Below, piece by piece: positions 39,059 to 53,179 of a stretch of 64,000 bases of DNA (the first letter of the stretch is position 1; every line of letters starts with the position of its first letter). A program made the translations under genes and the position numbers. Origin of the DNA: Octopus vulgaris (Eukaryota); assembly GCA_951406725.2 (NCBI GenBank), contig OX597824.1, forward strand, positions 67,270,001-67,334,000. Reading direction: 5' to 3'. Below the pieces are notes generated by a model. It was not told the origin of the DNA. It saw only the letters and a list, made by a program, of their open reading frames with translations, and ran no database searches.

Positions 39059-39097
39059 CTGTGTTATAATAAGTAGTAAAATAATCCCTGTAGCCAT
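39059..39097 (-). CDS. Delta/DSL-like gene, coding exon 1 (signal peptide MATGIILLLIITQ)
   Basis: ATG at 39097 with an in-frame upstream TAA. 13 hydrophobic codons end at a CAG|GTAAGG donor (phase 0). A candidate acceptor (actcacag|) at 39141 implies an upstream non-coding exon. Joins the next exon to give the signal-peptide-like MATGIILLLIITQFVLTLG. Confidence 0.75.
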
Positions 39098-40374
39098 TAT
39101 TGTCCTTGTTTCCGTTTAAATCCGACTCTTGACTGACCACTCTGTGAGTTGAATGATGGGATAGCTGGGTGAGGGTGGTGGCCGAGACAGTAGTACTAGT
39201 GATGGTGGATATGGTTGTAGTAGTTGGGATGGGTGGGTGGGGTGGAAGTGGAAGTGGTAGTTATAGAAGTTTTGGTGGTAGTGGTAGTAGTTGTAGTCTG
39301 GCAGTGGTGGTGGTGATAGTAGTGATCGTGGTTGAGGTGGTAGTCATTGTAGTACGTTGGTGGTGGTGGTGGTGGTGGTGGTGGTGGTGGTGGTGGTGGT
39401 ATAAGACAAACTGGGGTTAGAGCTGGGAGGTGGACAACAGGGGTAGTGGTGGTAGAGGTGGTGGTGGTGGTGCAGTACTATTGAAAGAAGAGTGACAAAT
39501 ATGGTATGTGGGGTAGTAAAGAGGATTGATACTGGATTTTCTGGTGGTGAAGGGTGGAGTAGACTATTTGGTGTTTGACAGAGTTTGTCTTCCTTCGCCA
39601 CCACCCACACAACCTGTTTCAAGGTGGAAAAATTCAAAAGAGAAGAAATCTTTTGTATGTGTTTGTATGTGTGTGTATTTGTGTGTTTGTACATGTGCAT
39701 GTGTGTTTCTGACTGAATATCTTCATGACTGGGTATATATATATATATACTTATGAAGTATGAAAGTATTGAGAATGTGCCCTTCTCATCATCATAATCC
39801 CCATTTTAACGTCCACTTTTCCATGCTTGCATGGGTCAGACGAAATTTGTTGAAGCAGGTTTTCTAGTCAGATGCCCTTCTTGTCGCTAATCCCCAGCTG
39901 TTTCCAAGTAAGACAACAATTTCCCATATGTATATACCAATGTGTGTGTCTCTGGGTCTGTGCTTGCACCCAAACACTGCTTGACAACTAGTGTTGGTGT
40001 GCATATGTCCCTGTAACCTAGCAGTTTGGCAAAAGAGAATGATAGATTAAGTACTAGGGTTAAAATAGTAATATGTCCCAGAGCCGATTTGTTGGACTAA
40101 AACTCTTTGAGGCAGTGCTCCAGCATGGCCACAGTCAAATGACTGAAGCAAAATGAATGTAAGATTAAAAGATGTATTCACTCATACATAATCTTGGATC
40201 TCCACCCTTGTCACTGAACACCTCTCCCTCTCCCATACTCTTCATATTGCTCTCCACCACTTTTTTGTATGCCACTTATGAGCTCCTCCTCCTCCTTGAC
40301 CCACTCCAATTTCCTTCACCTTCCTCCAAACTGATTTTCACCGTTGTCCATGCCCCCTCTTCCTTGTTTGCTAT

Positions 40375-40630
40375 TTATTGGATCACCCATGAGCTCTCTA
40401 TATTCTCTGCTCTGGAGAAAAGTTGGACATAATAATCATCAGTTGTCACTGTCTTGGAGAGGCTCAATTTTTGAAGGTCATGCTTCACCACCTCAGCCCA
40501 AGTCTTCCTGGGTCTACCTCTTCCACAGGTTCCCTCAACTGCTAGGGTGTGGCACTTTTTCACACAGCTGTTCTTATCTATTCACAACACACGACCATAC
40601 CAGTGCGGTTGTCTCGCTTGCGAAGACCTG
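40375..40630 (-). mobile_element. 5'-truncated RTE fragment
   Basis: KKCHTLAVEGTCGRGRPRKTWAEVVKHDLQ aligns with the C-terminus of the 12860 ORF. Similar relics lie near 26800-26975 and 63200-63400. Confidence 0.85.
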
Positions 40631-40918
40631 TTGAGGCAAATGAAATCATTGTCATGGCTGATGACAGTACCACCTGACTGGCACCAATGCCAGTGGAACG
40701 TTAAAAGCACCATTCGAGCATGATCCTTGCCAGTGCTGCCTATATTCTCTGCTCTGGACCATTGGACAAAATGACTTGTGGTTATTTATTCCAAATCTTA
40801 TTACCATTTTGAGTTCAATTTTGCCTTAGGGGGTTCAATAAAATAAAGTACCGGTCAAATATTCAATTGATATTATCACCAGTCTTCTCTTCCAAAATTG
40901 TTGGTCATATGCCTTCAT

Positions 40919-41232
40919 GTGGCAGCGCAATGGCCCAGTGGTTAGGGCAGCAGACTCGCGGTCGTAGGATTCCGGTTTCGATTCCCAGACCGGGCATTGT
41001 GAGTGTTTATTGAGTGAAAACACCCAAAGCTCCACGAGGCTCCAGCAGGGGGGGGGGGGCGATCCCTGCTGTACTCTTTCGCCACAACTTTCTCTCACTC
41101 TTTCTTCTGTTGACCTGCTCACTTAGCCAGCGGGGTGGCGTCATTTGAAGGCTAAAACAATGTGAAGCGCATTGTGGCCAGCGATGTGTAGCAACATCTG
41201 ATAGCCTGGTCGGTCACGGTGATCACGGTGAT
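40919..41232 (+). mobile_element. SINE family B copy
   Basis: Near-identical to 22306-22605. Confidence 0.88.
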
Positions 41233-41939
41233 GCCTTCATAAGAAACACTAATTCCAGTTAGGCATCACGTCTCTGTAACCTTTTCATTAATCTGTTCTT
41301 CATAAGTTATGCAAACAGTTCCATGCATGAACAATCAATGTTTGTTAAGTGTCAAATTGACTGACAAACAAAGTGTTGATTGATTGTTTATTTGCTTGTT
41401 TGGTTGGTTGGTTGGTTGATTTATCCAGTCATATTTTACATTGTATAGAGAGAGGAGAAGAGAGTAATAGGAGGATACAGACAGAGTTAACAAGAGGTGC
41501 AGGATGAGTGTACATACTAGGCTTCCTGGCAGGAGGGGGGGATAAAGTAAATGACAGAGTAGTCAAGGGAGGAGTTATATGAATGAGAAATTTGTTTTAT
41601 TTAATTCTATTTTGAGATAATTAATATTTCTTTTGGGGAATATCTTGAAGCACCGGACAACCTTCAACTTTTTCAGTCCCAAAGGAATTCCAAGCTGATA
41701 TTGTCATGCTATTATTTATAGCGTTATTCCCAAAAAGAATTGGCTGTGTCGAGGTGCAGGTGTAGCTGTGTAGTCAGAAGCTTCCCAAGCACATGATTTC
41801 AGGTTCAGTCTCACTGCATGGCACCTTGGGTAAGTGTCCTCTACTATAGCCTTGGGCCAATCATAGCTTTGTGAGTGTATTTGGTAAAAGGAAATTGAAA
41901 GAATCCTGTTATATATATATATATATATATATACATGCG

Positions 41940-41974
<35 letters not shown>

Positions 41975-41990
41975 ATGTATATATATATAT

Positions 41991-42053
<63 letters not shown>

Positions 42054-43841
42054 TACATATATATATATCATCATCGTTTAATGTCTGCTTTCTATGCTGA
42101 CATGGGCTGGATGGTGAGCCAGAAGGCTGCACCAGGTTCCAACATGATCTGGCAAAGTTGCTACAGCTAGATGCTCTTCCTAATGCCAACCACTCCAAGA
42201 GTGTAGTAGGTGCTTTAATGTGTCCCTGGCATGAGGGCCAGTCAGGTAGTACTGGCATCGACCATGCTCAAATGTTGGTTCTGTTCATCAGGTAGCCCTG
42301 GCTAAGGTTCATAGGCCGAGATAAAGGTTGCTGACCCATGTTGCAGCACTAATCTAATCTTATGTATTCTATTACAGACCCTGACTACCTCGATTACTTT
42401 ATCAACCCATTTCTCTGCAAGAAGTATACCCACATGTTGACCCCGTCAGTGTTCCCTACCCAGAAAATCTTATACCTATGTTTTTTGACTGTGAAGAACC
42501 TGGCAGAACTCCCACTCTACCTTACTTCTTGGATGCAGCATAAATCTACATGTCTCCTTACAAGCATCTCAAAAATCTCACCCAACTTACCTTATAGTGT
42601 GCCAACCCTGAGAGTGTGGGAGGTGTGGGCCCAAGAGACCCTGGGATGGGGCACAGCAGTGTCATGTACCTGAAAAGAAAGCTCGCATTTGGCATAGCTC
42701 ATAGCCTTCAACCTGTATACACTACCCCAACATTTCTATGTGCTATATAATCACTATATTACATAGGAGATGAACCCTAAGTAGGGATGGAGGAACGTTA
42801 AGCCTTTAGAAGTGTTCATGGGAGAGACATCAGATACAGGTCAGAGGATAGAGACTTCCGGTACAGATGGTGGGGGTGGGAAGGGTGGGCGTACCGTGAA
42901 ACATCGAAAAACTTAGGCTGCTGGGGTCCAAGAATATTATGATAAATATGAGATCGAATTAGTACAGTATTATATATATTTGAAAGAATGGATCTAGTTA
43001 AACAAAATCGGCCCCCTTTAATTTTGCTCAGATTGCTTTCAACAACAAAACAAAGGCAGAAAGTAGGTGAAGAAGGGGAAGGAGAAGAGAAAAAAGTAAA
43101 TGAAAATAAATAAATATATAAAATAAAACATAAAATATAAAATAAAAAATAAGATTAATAGTAATTAAGAATAGGGGGGGGATTTAAGTCTTTCAAGAGA
43201 ATGGGGGGGGGGGGGTTAAGTCTACCAAATGGAAAATTTAGGAGGTCAGTATGCTTGTGTTCTTGTCAAATTTGACCTGTGTGGTAAGGTTACCTATTCA
43301 GTTCTCACAGGTGGGATACACACACACACATGCATATAATCACACATACACACACATGCATATAATCACACATACACACACATATATACATATAACTATA
43401 GACTTTATGTCTCTTGATTTTTATACTTTTGCATGTACACACACATATGTGCATACATACATACATACATACATACATACATACATGTATATATACTTTT
43501 GTTATTAAACAACCAGTAAAACATAGCTTTCAGTTTGAAAATAACTAGGAGAAGCTTGAAACACGCATCAGAGTAACTCACTATAAACATCATAATTAAG
43601 ATTAAAATAAAAATTATCCTCTCAGAAAAGCCATCTCTACTCATTCTTTCATATATATATATATATATATATAGGTTAGCTGAGTTAGGGGTTAAAATAA
43701 GTGTCTAAAGGATAGAAGTATCTGTTACCCTACTGGTATATCACCTATGTTTAACCATGGGCATACATATGTAAGCATATTATGCTCATAAATTATAGGT
43801 AAAGACAAGGATAAACATGAGTTTATCATGAATCATATATA

Positions 43842-45244
43842 TATTAGGTTGTTCTGAAAATAATGGCTGATTTCAGAAACACAATTTTATTCTGGAAAAA
43901 ATTAACAATAGAAATGTTTTGATTAGTCAAAGCATGACCCGTGAACATCTATGCATCTTTGCCATTGATCAACAAGATCATTTATGCCTTGTTGATAAAA
44001 ACTTATTGGCTTTGATGCCAAGAAATCTTTGAAAATTGTTTCCACCTCTGGTTTGAACCTTGTTATATCGCATGTTCGGATGAGTTCTACTCAACTCCTC
44101 GATGTCTAGAATTCTCCCTCTATATCTACATATTGGGCTAGCCTACTTCATCGTCTGGGGGCGTCCACACAACAAACCTGAATGTTTTATCACTTAAAAA
44201 CGTGTTTAAATGCTTTAAAAAATGGTAGTCAGTGGGTGAAAGATTGGGAGAATATGGAGAATGTGGTAAAGTTTCATATCCCAAGTCTGTGAGTTTCTGC
44301 AGTGCCATTCTTGCAACATGTGGCTTTGCATTAACTTGGAGCAGAATTGGTCCATACTGATTCACGAATGCAGGTTTCATTTTTGGAAAGTGAACTTGTA
44401 TTTCAGTGAGTTGATTGCAGTAAACCTCTGCTGTAATGCTCTAATTGGCTTCCAGAAAGCTGTAATAGACAACAATTGCAGACCACCAGACAGTCACCAT
44501 AAGCTTTTGCTGATGCAACTTTGGCTTTGGGAAATGTTTGGGGACTCATCACGATTAAGCCATTGACCTGATTGTTTACAGTTATCATAAAGGATCCACT
44601 TTTTGTCACAAGTGCCTATTTGGTCAAGAAAAGGATCATTGGTGTTATGCAGAAAGAGCATCGAGCACACTTCAAAATGCAGAACTTTTCGATTTTCATT
44701 GAGCTCATGTAGTACCCATTTATCAAGCTTTTTCACCTTACCAATCTTCTGCAGATTGCATGAGACTGTTGCAATACCGACACCAAGTGCATGAAACGTT
44801 TCTCTGACACTTTGACGTGGGTTTTGTTCGACAATTGCTTTCAATTGTTCAATATCAAGACTGCATGACTGTCCTCTACCTTCTTCATCTTCAAGGCTTT
44901 CCTCACCACTATGGAATTTCTGAAATCACCTTCATACTCTATTATCACTTGTGGACCCCTCTCCCCATGCTCTGTTGATATTGGCAGCAGTTTGTGAGGC
45001 ATTGTGCCCAAGCTTGAACTCATGCAATAAAAAGTAAGCAAAGGTCCTTTTCTGTTATGTTCATACTTAAGGATGCCTATGCTTCAAGAATGTTTTCTGT
45101 CTGAAATAAGTAGAAAATTATTAAAGAGCATACATCAATTATTAAGTATGTCGAAATTCACCTAAAATGAAATTAAAATACTGATAAAATTGTGTTTCAA
45201 AACACAACACTTAGAGCGGCCATTATTTTCAGAACAACCTAATG
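43842..45244 (-). mobile_element. Decayed mariner of a second subfamily
   Basis: TIRs ttaggttgttctgaaaataatggc / gccattattttcagaacaacctaa. Transposase fragments AIVEQNPRQS, KWVLHEL, TCDKKWILYDN, HSPYSPNLSPTDYHF, WQRCIDVHGSCFD*. Confidence 0.92.
44061..44174. mobile_element. 114-bp solo LTR inserted in the mariner
   Basis: Begins TGTT, ends AACA, flanked by a perfect 5-bp duplication AACCT. Removing it restores the transposase frame KTFRFKPEVETIF. Confidence 0.8.
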
Positions 45245-47964
45245 TATATGTATATATCTATGTGTGTATGTCTTTGTGTCTGTGTTTGTCTCCCCATCAC
45301 CACTTGAGAACTGTTGTCGGTGTGTTTATGTCCTCATAGTTTAGCAGTTCAGTAAAAGAGACTGATAGAATAAGTACTAGGCTTAATAAATAGCTCTAGG
45401 GTTGATTTGTTTAACTAAAACACTTCAAGATGGTGCTCCAGCATGGCCACAGTCAAATAACTGAAACAAGTAAAAGAATAAAAAGAATTCTCTTGTAATT
45501 AATATTGTTCTTTTGACAATTAGTATTAGCATTTGTTTCATGATTTTGTATAAGTACCAAAACGCTAGATAAAATTACTATTATTGTATGTATGTAAGGT
45601 GGTGAGTTGGCAGAGGTATTAGCATATAGGGCAAGATGGGTAGTGACATTGCATCTGTGTTTACATTCTGAGTTCAAATTCCAGCAAGGTCAACTTTGCC
45701 TTTCATCATTCTGGGGTTGATAAAATAAATACCAGTTGATCACTGGCTTGATACCATGTATACATTATTTCCTAGGAGTACTTACAGTTGTGCATGGCTC
45801 AGTGGTAGAGCATTGGGCTCATAATCACACAGTAGTGAGTTCGATTCCCGGACCAGGCTGTGTTGCATTCTTGAGCAAGACACTTTATTTCAGGTTGTTC
45901 CAGTTCATTCAGCTGTAGAAATGAGTTGCAATGTCACTGGTGCCAAGCTGTATTGGCATTTGCCTTTTCCTTGGATAACTTTGGTGACATAGAGAGGGAA
46001 GCTGGTATGCATGGGAAACTGCTGGTCTTCCATACACAACCTTTCCCAGACTTGTGCCTCGAAGGGTAACTTTCTAGGTGCAATCCCATGGTCATTCATC
46101 TCCAAAGGTGGTTTTTACCCTTTTCCCTACAATGGCTAAAGTATGCTACCAAAGTAACTTGTTACATATGGCACGTACACACACATTATATATTAATACG
46201 AGCAAAACGCCCCCCCCCCCCATCCAATGGACGGTGTTGAGTTGTCAGACATTTAAGCCAAATTTTCTCAAAATAACTTGTCCGACTGTCCCATAGGCCT
46301 CCCCTTCGAACCTAAATTTGAGACACTAGCAAAAGAAGAAATAAAGATAGACTTTTTTTCTATTCTAAAAAATACGATTTTACAAATGTACATTCCCACG
46401 ACTTTATTGATTGTATTCTCACCTGGAATCGATTTTTGTAATTTTTTCAAGACTTATACATGCCCTGATACCATTGGTATCTACATATCAAATTTGAGCG
46501 CAATCGGATGGAAGATACCTGAGATCCTAGAACACACACACACAGACAGACAGAATGGATTGTATATAATAGATATATTGATCAGATACATAGCCAATTG
46601 TTGTAAGGGAGTAAGATAATAGATGAAGGTAATATAATTTATTGCATTACCAACTTCCACTTGTCACACAGATAAAATATAAGAGTCAATCCTGGTCTTA
46701 TTTGAACACAGAATAATCAGATAGCACACTTAATGCAGCAGTACAAATGTAATTTATTTTTATAATTTATGCAAGATTACCAATATAATTTGATTGAATG
46801 AATCACAGTATATTACTTACAAATATTTTATTGTCCCTTGAAAGGTGAACATTAAAGTTAAGCCAAGTAGAATTAGAACACATGACCAAGAAGGTCAAAT
46901 TTAAATATGTAATGTTATTGTTTAACATGTCACTCTACCATTTTTGATAACTCATCACTCTTTATCAGTCTTAATATTTCTTAGGTCAAGAATTTACAAG
47001 AGGATGGTACAATTGATTTGATGTACCATAGTATATCATTGGTACTTATTTTATCAACCTGAATACAACAAAGTTGTTTGTCTGGTGTGTGCCAGTATTT
47101 TTGCCATAGTCACCCACCATCTTCTAAAACAAACATTGCTTCAAGTCAGTGAGGGAACCTGCACATACTTACATAAACTGCTAGATATAACAGCTAAATC
47201 CTTCTTTCAAATAACACATTGGACTGTGTAATTCTTAATATGAATATAATAAACAGGGAAGGGTCATGATTGGAATGCCTTTGATCATAAGTCTGTTCAA
47301 TTAAGGGCAAACAACATCAACAATTAACATTGCTTTGAGCCAATGAAGGAGCTCTCTAACAGTTGCCTGACCCGATAGAAATAGTAACTAAATTTGCCTC
47401 AAATCACACACAGCTGTCTTAAAAAAGGACAGATACATTAGTTAAGGAAATTCTAGCCACACCTAAATAGAAGAAATGGTCACAACTGGAATGTCTTTAT
47501 TTATAGGTTTCTTATTCAGAGTTGACTTAAGAATAAACAACCAATGTTTTTTTTTCTTTTCTTCTTTCTTTTTTTCTCCTGTTTCTTTGTATTTAAACAT
47601 TATAAATAAATAAATTTGTGCCAAAAAAAAAAAAAATTGAAAAAAGCCTCAATGTTTATTTATTATTTGGAATGAAGTTCCTATATATTAAAGACTTTCC
47701 AGCTGTGACCATCCTGTCTTGTTTGCAGGAACAGTGTGTTTAGGAGTACATTATTCACTTTGTCCTTCTTTTTATAAGAAAGTAGAAGTATGATCTGAAG
47801 GAGACTTGGTTGCTATGTCTAGCAGGTCTGATAATCACACAGAAGGGTGTCTTACTGAAATACCAACATACTTTGTTCAGTCCCAGATCAGTCGCAATCA
47901 AGTGAACTTAGGATCAATGACAATCAACTCATGACCACTTCACCTTTTTATTTTTTTTCAGCTA

Positions 47965-48442
47965 GGCACAGGGGTAGCTGTGTGGTTAAGAAGCTCATTT
48001 TGTATCCATGGTTTCAAGTTCAGCCCCACTGCATGGCACATTGAGAAAGTGTCTTCTACTGTAGCCCTGGGCCAACCAATGCCTTGTGAATGAACTTGGT
48101 AGGCTGAAACTGTGAGAAAACTTGTGTGTGTGTGTGTGTGTTTGTGCGTGTTTATGTGTGTATGTATATGTGTGTGCATGTGTGTGTGTCTCTGTGTTTG
48201 TCCTTCCCCATCACTCAACAACCGGTGTTGGTTTGTTTACAGCCCTGCAACTTAGTGTTTCAGCCAAATTAACCAACTGAATAAGTGCCAGACTTCAAAG
48301 ATAGATACTGGTGTTAATTTTCAGCTAAACCCTTGGAGGTAGAGCCCCAGCATGGCCACAGTCCAATGACTGAAACCCATAAAAGATAAAAGATAAAAGA
48401 TAAAAGATAAAAGATAAAAGATAAAAGATTAAAGATAAAAGA
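47965..48442 (+). mobile_element. SINE family A, diverged copy with (AAAGAT)n tail
   Basis: Diverged head and body; expanded hexamer tail. Confidence 0.8.
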
Positions 48443-50063
48443 TGTAGTGTACTTTGGATTACATTATTCAATGTGTTCTAGTTTAAGATAGTAGGGTGTG
48501 TTTTAAGGGAAATGTAACTGCTATTTCTAGCTGTATTGCTGCTGTTGTTGTTGTTATTCATATTATTGTTGATGGGTGAGCTTTCTGTTGACACCCAGCA
48601 AAATAAACAGTACAACAGCCCCGCCACCACCACCACCACCACCACACACACTCATACAAACACACGTGCGTGGACACACACACACACATCAACTATTATT
48701 CGCTGCCACCTGTACCACCACCATCATAATCCTGACTGCTGAGACCCCCCACCCCATCCCCTCTGCCATGACTACTACTGTCAATGCTCCTTTTTAGAAT
48801 CCTTATTTTATATATATATGCACAATGACTATCACACTATTGTCACCACCACCACCACCACCACCACCACCACCACCACCACAACAACAACAACAACAAC
48901 ACTCCTCTATAGGAGCCAAAATCTCCCTCAGTTCATAAGCCCTACTGTCTTGGATGACTGTGGAGAATTAAGTGTGTTGACCTTAGACACGTAGCAACAT
49001 TGGTGATGAGATAAGTAACTGAATTATTTTCTGGTATTTCCATAGCCTTTTCAGGTTAACCAGCTGCAAGTTTTAATATAGTTATAAACAAGGATTTTAC
49101 TTTATTTTTATATTATCACAAACCTATATATTTGTTGTTGTTGTTGTTGGTGGTGGTGGTGTTGGTGAATGGGAAAGAGAGGTAGAAAGAATAAATACTA
49201 AATATGAGCAAATAATTAGTTGTGTGTAACAGGTCTCTACCTAGATTCGAACTCCCTCACTCAAATTTTCAGTTTTGAACTATAGCTTTATTTATAGAGA
49301 TGGCTGTACAGGTATGAGAAAAATTTGCCTAAGTACAGCTGTGGCTGTGTGGTAAGAAGTTTATTTCCCAGTCACATGGTTCTGGGTTCAGTACCACTGT
49401 GTGGCACTTTGGGCAAGTGTATTCTTTTCCTGTGTTTGTCCCCCACCTCACTGTTTGACAACTGGTGCTGGTGTGTTTACATCCTCATAACTTAGCAGTT
49501 TGCTGAAAGAGACCAACAGAATATGTACCAGACTTAAAAGAAGGTTAGAACTAGGGTTGGTTCATTCAGCTAAATGTTCTGCAAGGCATCGAAGCCCCAG
49601 CTTGACCACAGCTTAATGATTGAAATAAATAAAAGACAAAAGACTGCTTAAGTAAATAGTTTGACCAAACACTGTCAGCTGATATGCAGCAATTAAGGGT
49701 GGTAGACTTTAATAAAAGCTGTGAAAATTCCTGCCAAAGTGAATTACCCAAAGTCATAGAAGCCTTGCTCAGGGTAAGAAAAAGCTGGAGTGCTGAACTC
49801 TCAAACAGAGTCACTTTAGACTCCTTGTGTAATCTGTAATTAAAAAATGTCAAATTGTAAAGGGGCATAAGTTGTAAAGTCAAAAACTTGAAATTATATG
49901 TATATTTCTTTACTGCCCACAAGGGGCGAAACATAGAGGGGACAAACAAGGACAGACAAAGGGATTAAGTCGATTACATCGACCCCAGTGTGAAACTGGT
50001 ACTTTATTTATCGACCCTGAAAGGATGAAAGGCAAAGTCGAAAAACTTGAAATTATATATATA

Positions 50064-51890
50064 CTAGCAGAGATATCCAGTGTTGCTCGGGATTAAGATG
50101 GCATAGTTTGTACATATATATTGCAATTATGTTGATGTGTGATATGGGAAAGTGAAGCATTGATGACAAAACATTTGTGGAGTAAATAATGGACTAATTG
50201 GACTAAGCAACATGTCATGCATCCATTTGGTGGATTCCGAGCCCTAACCTGTCAGAGAAAATTGGGGATGACGGGGTATGTGATTTTTGAACACACTAAA
50301 AACTCTCAGTGGATATACACTCCTTTGTGGCAGCAGGTACTGCATCTAACACAACTCATCATATGGTTGACAGTCCAATGAATGTAGGCATAATGGAGAT
50401 ATTGTATATAAATGGATACATTCTGGAAAGGGGCTACAAGGGAGACAGCAATGAGGAAGTGAAATGTTGAAATGTTAGAGAAGGCAAAGGGTTGACATTG
50501 GATTGCTGGTGTGACTGTAGAATAAGAAACATAAATTGAAGCTATGTATCACATGAGAATATGTAGTAACGAATTACTTGAAAAAATAAGGTGGAATGGC
50601 TTACAGTGTGGTTGGTGGGAGTAATTGGAGAATATACTTTGATACTGAAGTCCACGCATAAAACTGCTTTGTTGGTGCAGTCTTTGGGTTTGTTGGTATT
50701 ATGCTGTGGAATGCTAAAATGGTATCAATCTTCACCATTTACAAGGAGCAGTGGTTACTAGACCACATTGTAGGATATAGTAATTCTTACAGAAACTCTT
50801 GGTAAACAATATTCTCTGTTTTCCCTTGTAGAGCAAATGCAAATAGATTGTTTTTGCTTCCCACTCTAGAACAGCCAACATATAATTGCCCATGTGAGAA
50901 ACATGATGTCTCCAAGCAAAGTCCTACCACAGACAGTGTTTGACCCTGGGATTTATTGATAGACATTGTGAAGCTGATAAGAATAGGAAATTGCACTCTT
51001 CTGAATGAAAAAGGAACTTCTCCTCCAGATGGAATGAGAAGAATCCTGGGTATGAAAGCATCCTCTCCTTTTCCACATCCAGAGAGAATGGTGGCTTCAA
51101 TAACATGTGGCATTATCTTCTTTACCATCAGGCATGTCCCATTGCAGAGTGTTGGTGGGTATTTAAGCTTCAATCTGTAGAGAGGTAGTCATGGAGGTTC
51201 CAATGAATTGAGAAATTCTGTTGAATAATATACCACCTCTTCTGGATCTGGGATTGTACCACCTGACTTATAGATGTGAGGACTTCCAGGAAGGTACTGC
51301 TGCAGCTGCCCATTAATTTTACTTATAGTGCTGTTTTTTTGGAGCCAGTATTGCTCTTCCACACACCCAATTCAAATTGTGATAATTTTTTGACCAATGG
51401 AGGATATCCTCTTTGGAGACATTATGTCACGAAATATGATATAATAAAATAAGATGATAATTGTACATTAATAATGAAATGTGAATAAAAAAGGGAAATA
51501 ATATCAATATCTTAGCAAATTTTAAGAAATACATACAATGAGCTGAGATTACACTTTTATGTTCATAATGAAATGTCAATGAAAAACATTCATATCATTA
51601 TCTTAAGCTGAAAAACGTTCATCAGATTAATTGCACTGGATGTAAGGGAGACAATCAGTTACTGAAAGTTACTTTGCAAAGAGTTACCTCCCTTATCCAT
51701 GTAACCCAAGAAAGGATATTTTCTGCTCCCAGAGGGCTTGTTACTCTTCATGTGAAAAATTTTAAGAGTCTAAAACCATTTCTGGAACATAAGTAATGTA
51801 TGTTCCCAGTTTGAGGAAAATCCGTTGTGAACTTTAGATGTTATGCAGGCTTGCACAGTCACACACAACCTGACTTTTATATATATATTA
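50064..51890 (-). mobile_element. Helitron deletion derivative with PIF1-helicase C-terminal relic
   Basis: LCNGT..V, RVQFP, SINKSQGQTL, FSHGQLYVGCSRV motifs at 50787-51173. Minus-strand 3' end cccgagcaacactgg...CTAG|T. Confidence 0.88.
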
Positions 51891-52259
51891 ATAGTTATCG
51901 CCAAGCTAATATGGCAGTCCAGAAATATAGGATGAATGCTGCCGTTGGTTAGCTCCAAGAGGCCATTGCCTCTAGCTAGCTATGTGACACACGAACTTGT
52001 GTCCATTATAACCTTTGACCAGGGGAGGTCAGCTGCTTGCCCTTGCTGGTCAGGCATCTGCAGACTAGTTTCTGGGTATTTGCCTCTTATCAATGCAGAG
52101 CAGCCGAACCTAGCAGGCATCGCTACTGACTGTCTGTTCGAAGGATTATTTACCTAAATTCAGTGGAATGCATCTCATCATGTGTACACGTAGTCAGCCA
52201 ATAGCATGCCTGGTGGACTCTTTGAGATATGCTCGCAACAGACAGGAAAGCATGTATGA

Positions 52260-52416
52260 ATTTTGTTAGTGGATTTAAGTTAGCAGAACTAAATTTAGGA
52301 GATGCTAATTGGTCCGCTAACAGTTTCCAAAGTTAGTTAAAATGCTAATCCATTAAACAAAAAGTTAGCGTCGCTAATTAGCTGTTAACGGATTAGTGGA
52401 ACCATGCCCACCACTG
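52260..52416. mobile_element. Probable hAT-type transposon end
   Basis: Ends in tgcccaccactg (CAGTGGTGGGCA on the minus strand), with repeated gttagc/gctaa subterminal motifs. Confidence 0.45.
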
Positions 52417-53179
52417 TATGTACATATGCCATATAACAATATTAACTGAAAAAATATTTCTATCTTATGCATGGGATAAAGTATTAACTATCACTTGCAT
52501 ATATACATACATACGCATATATGAACAAATATGGTTTTTCAATATAGTGATAGTTATGAGAAGTACAACCCATATTAAGGTTGTAAATCAACCTTATTTA
52601 ACTATACCTTGCACCCACTCCACAATATTACAAAAAAAAAACAAAAAAAAAATAATAATAATTAACATTTTAATAATTTCTTGTACCTTTGGAGCAAGAA
52701 AGTTCTGATGTTCTGAGCCAAGTTTTATCTCAAGAAGTAAAAATTTGTATCTTTTGAGAAATCAAAATATTATATTTTGCTATTGAAAATGTTTGCTAAA
52801 ACAAACATATTCATTATCTGGAGTTAATGCCAGTGCCACATAACTGGTACCCATGCTGGTGGCACATAAAAAGCACCCTTTTAACTTTGGGCCTCATGGA
52901 GGCAGTGACAAGTGACTGAATCCTTTAGCAATACACCACGCTTGAGAAGACCTGTCAAGCCAAGTAAGATCATAGTCATGGTTGCTGCCAGTATTTTGTA
53001 ACTGGCAACCATGCTGGTGGAATATAAAAAGCACCCATTACACTCTTTGGGTGGTTAGTGTTAAGAAGGACATTCAGCTGTAGAAACCATGCTAAATCAA
53101 ATTGGAACATACAGGCTCATTTAAGTGAGTGCAAGCCAGTAGATTTCAAAGTCTGACCTTGATGTGATAGAAGCTACCA

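Noticed and set aside
46190-46575. Possible non-autonomous Helitron/HINE-like element
   Set aside because: TC-like 5' end is present but no clear 3' hairpin-CTRR; left uncalled.
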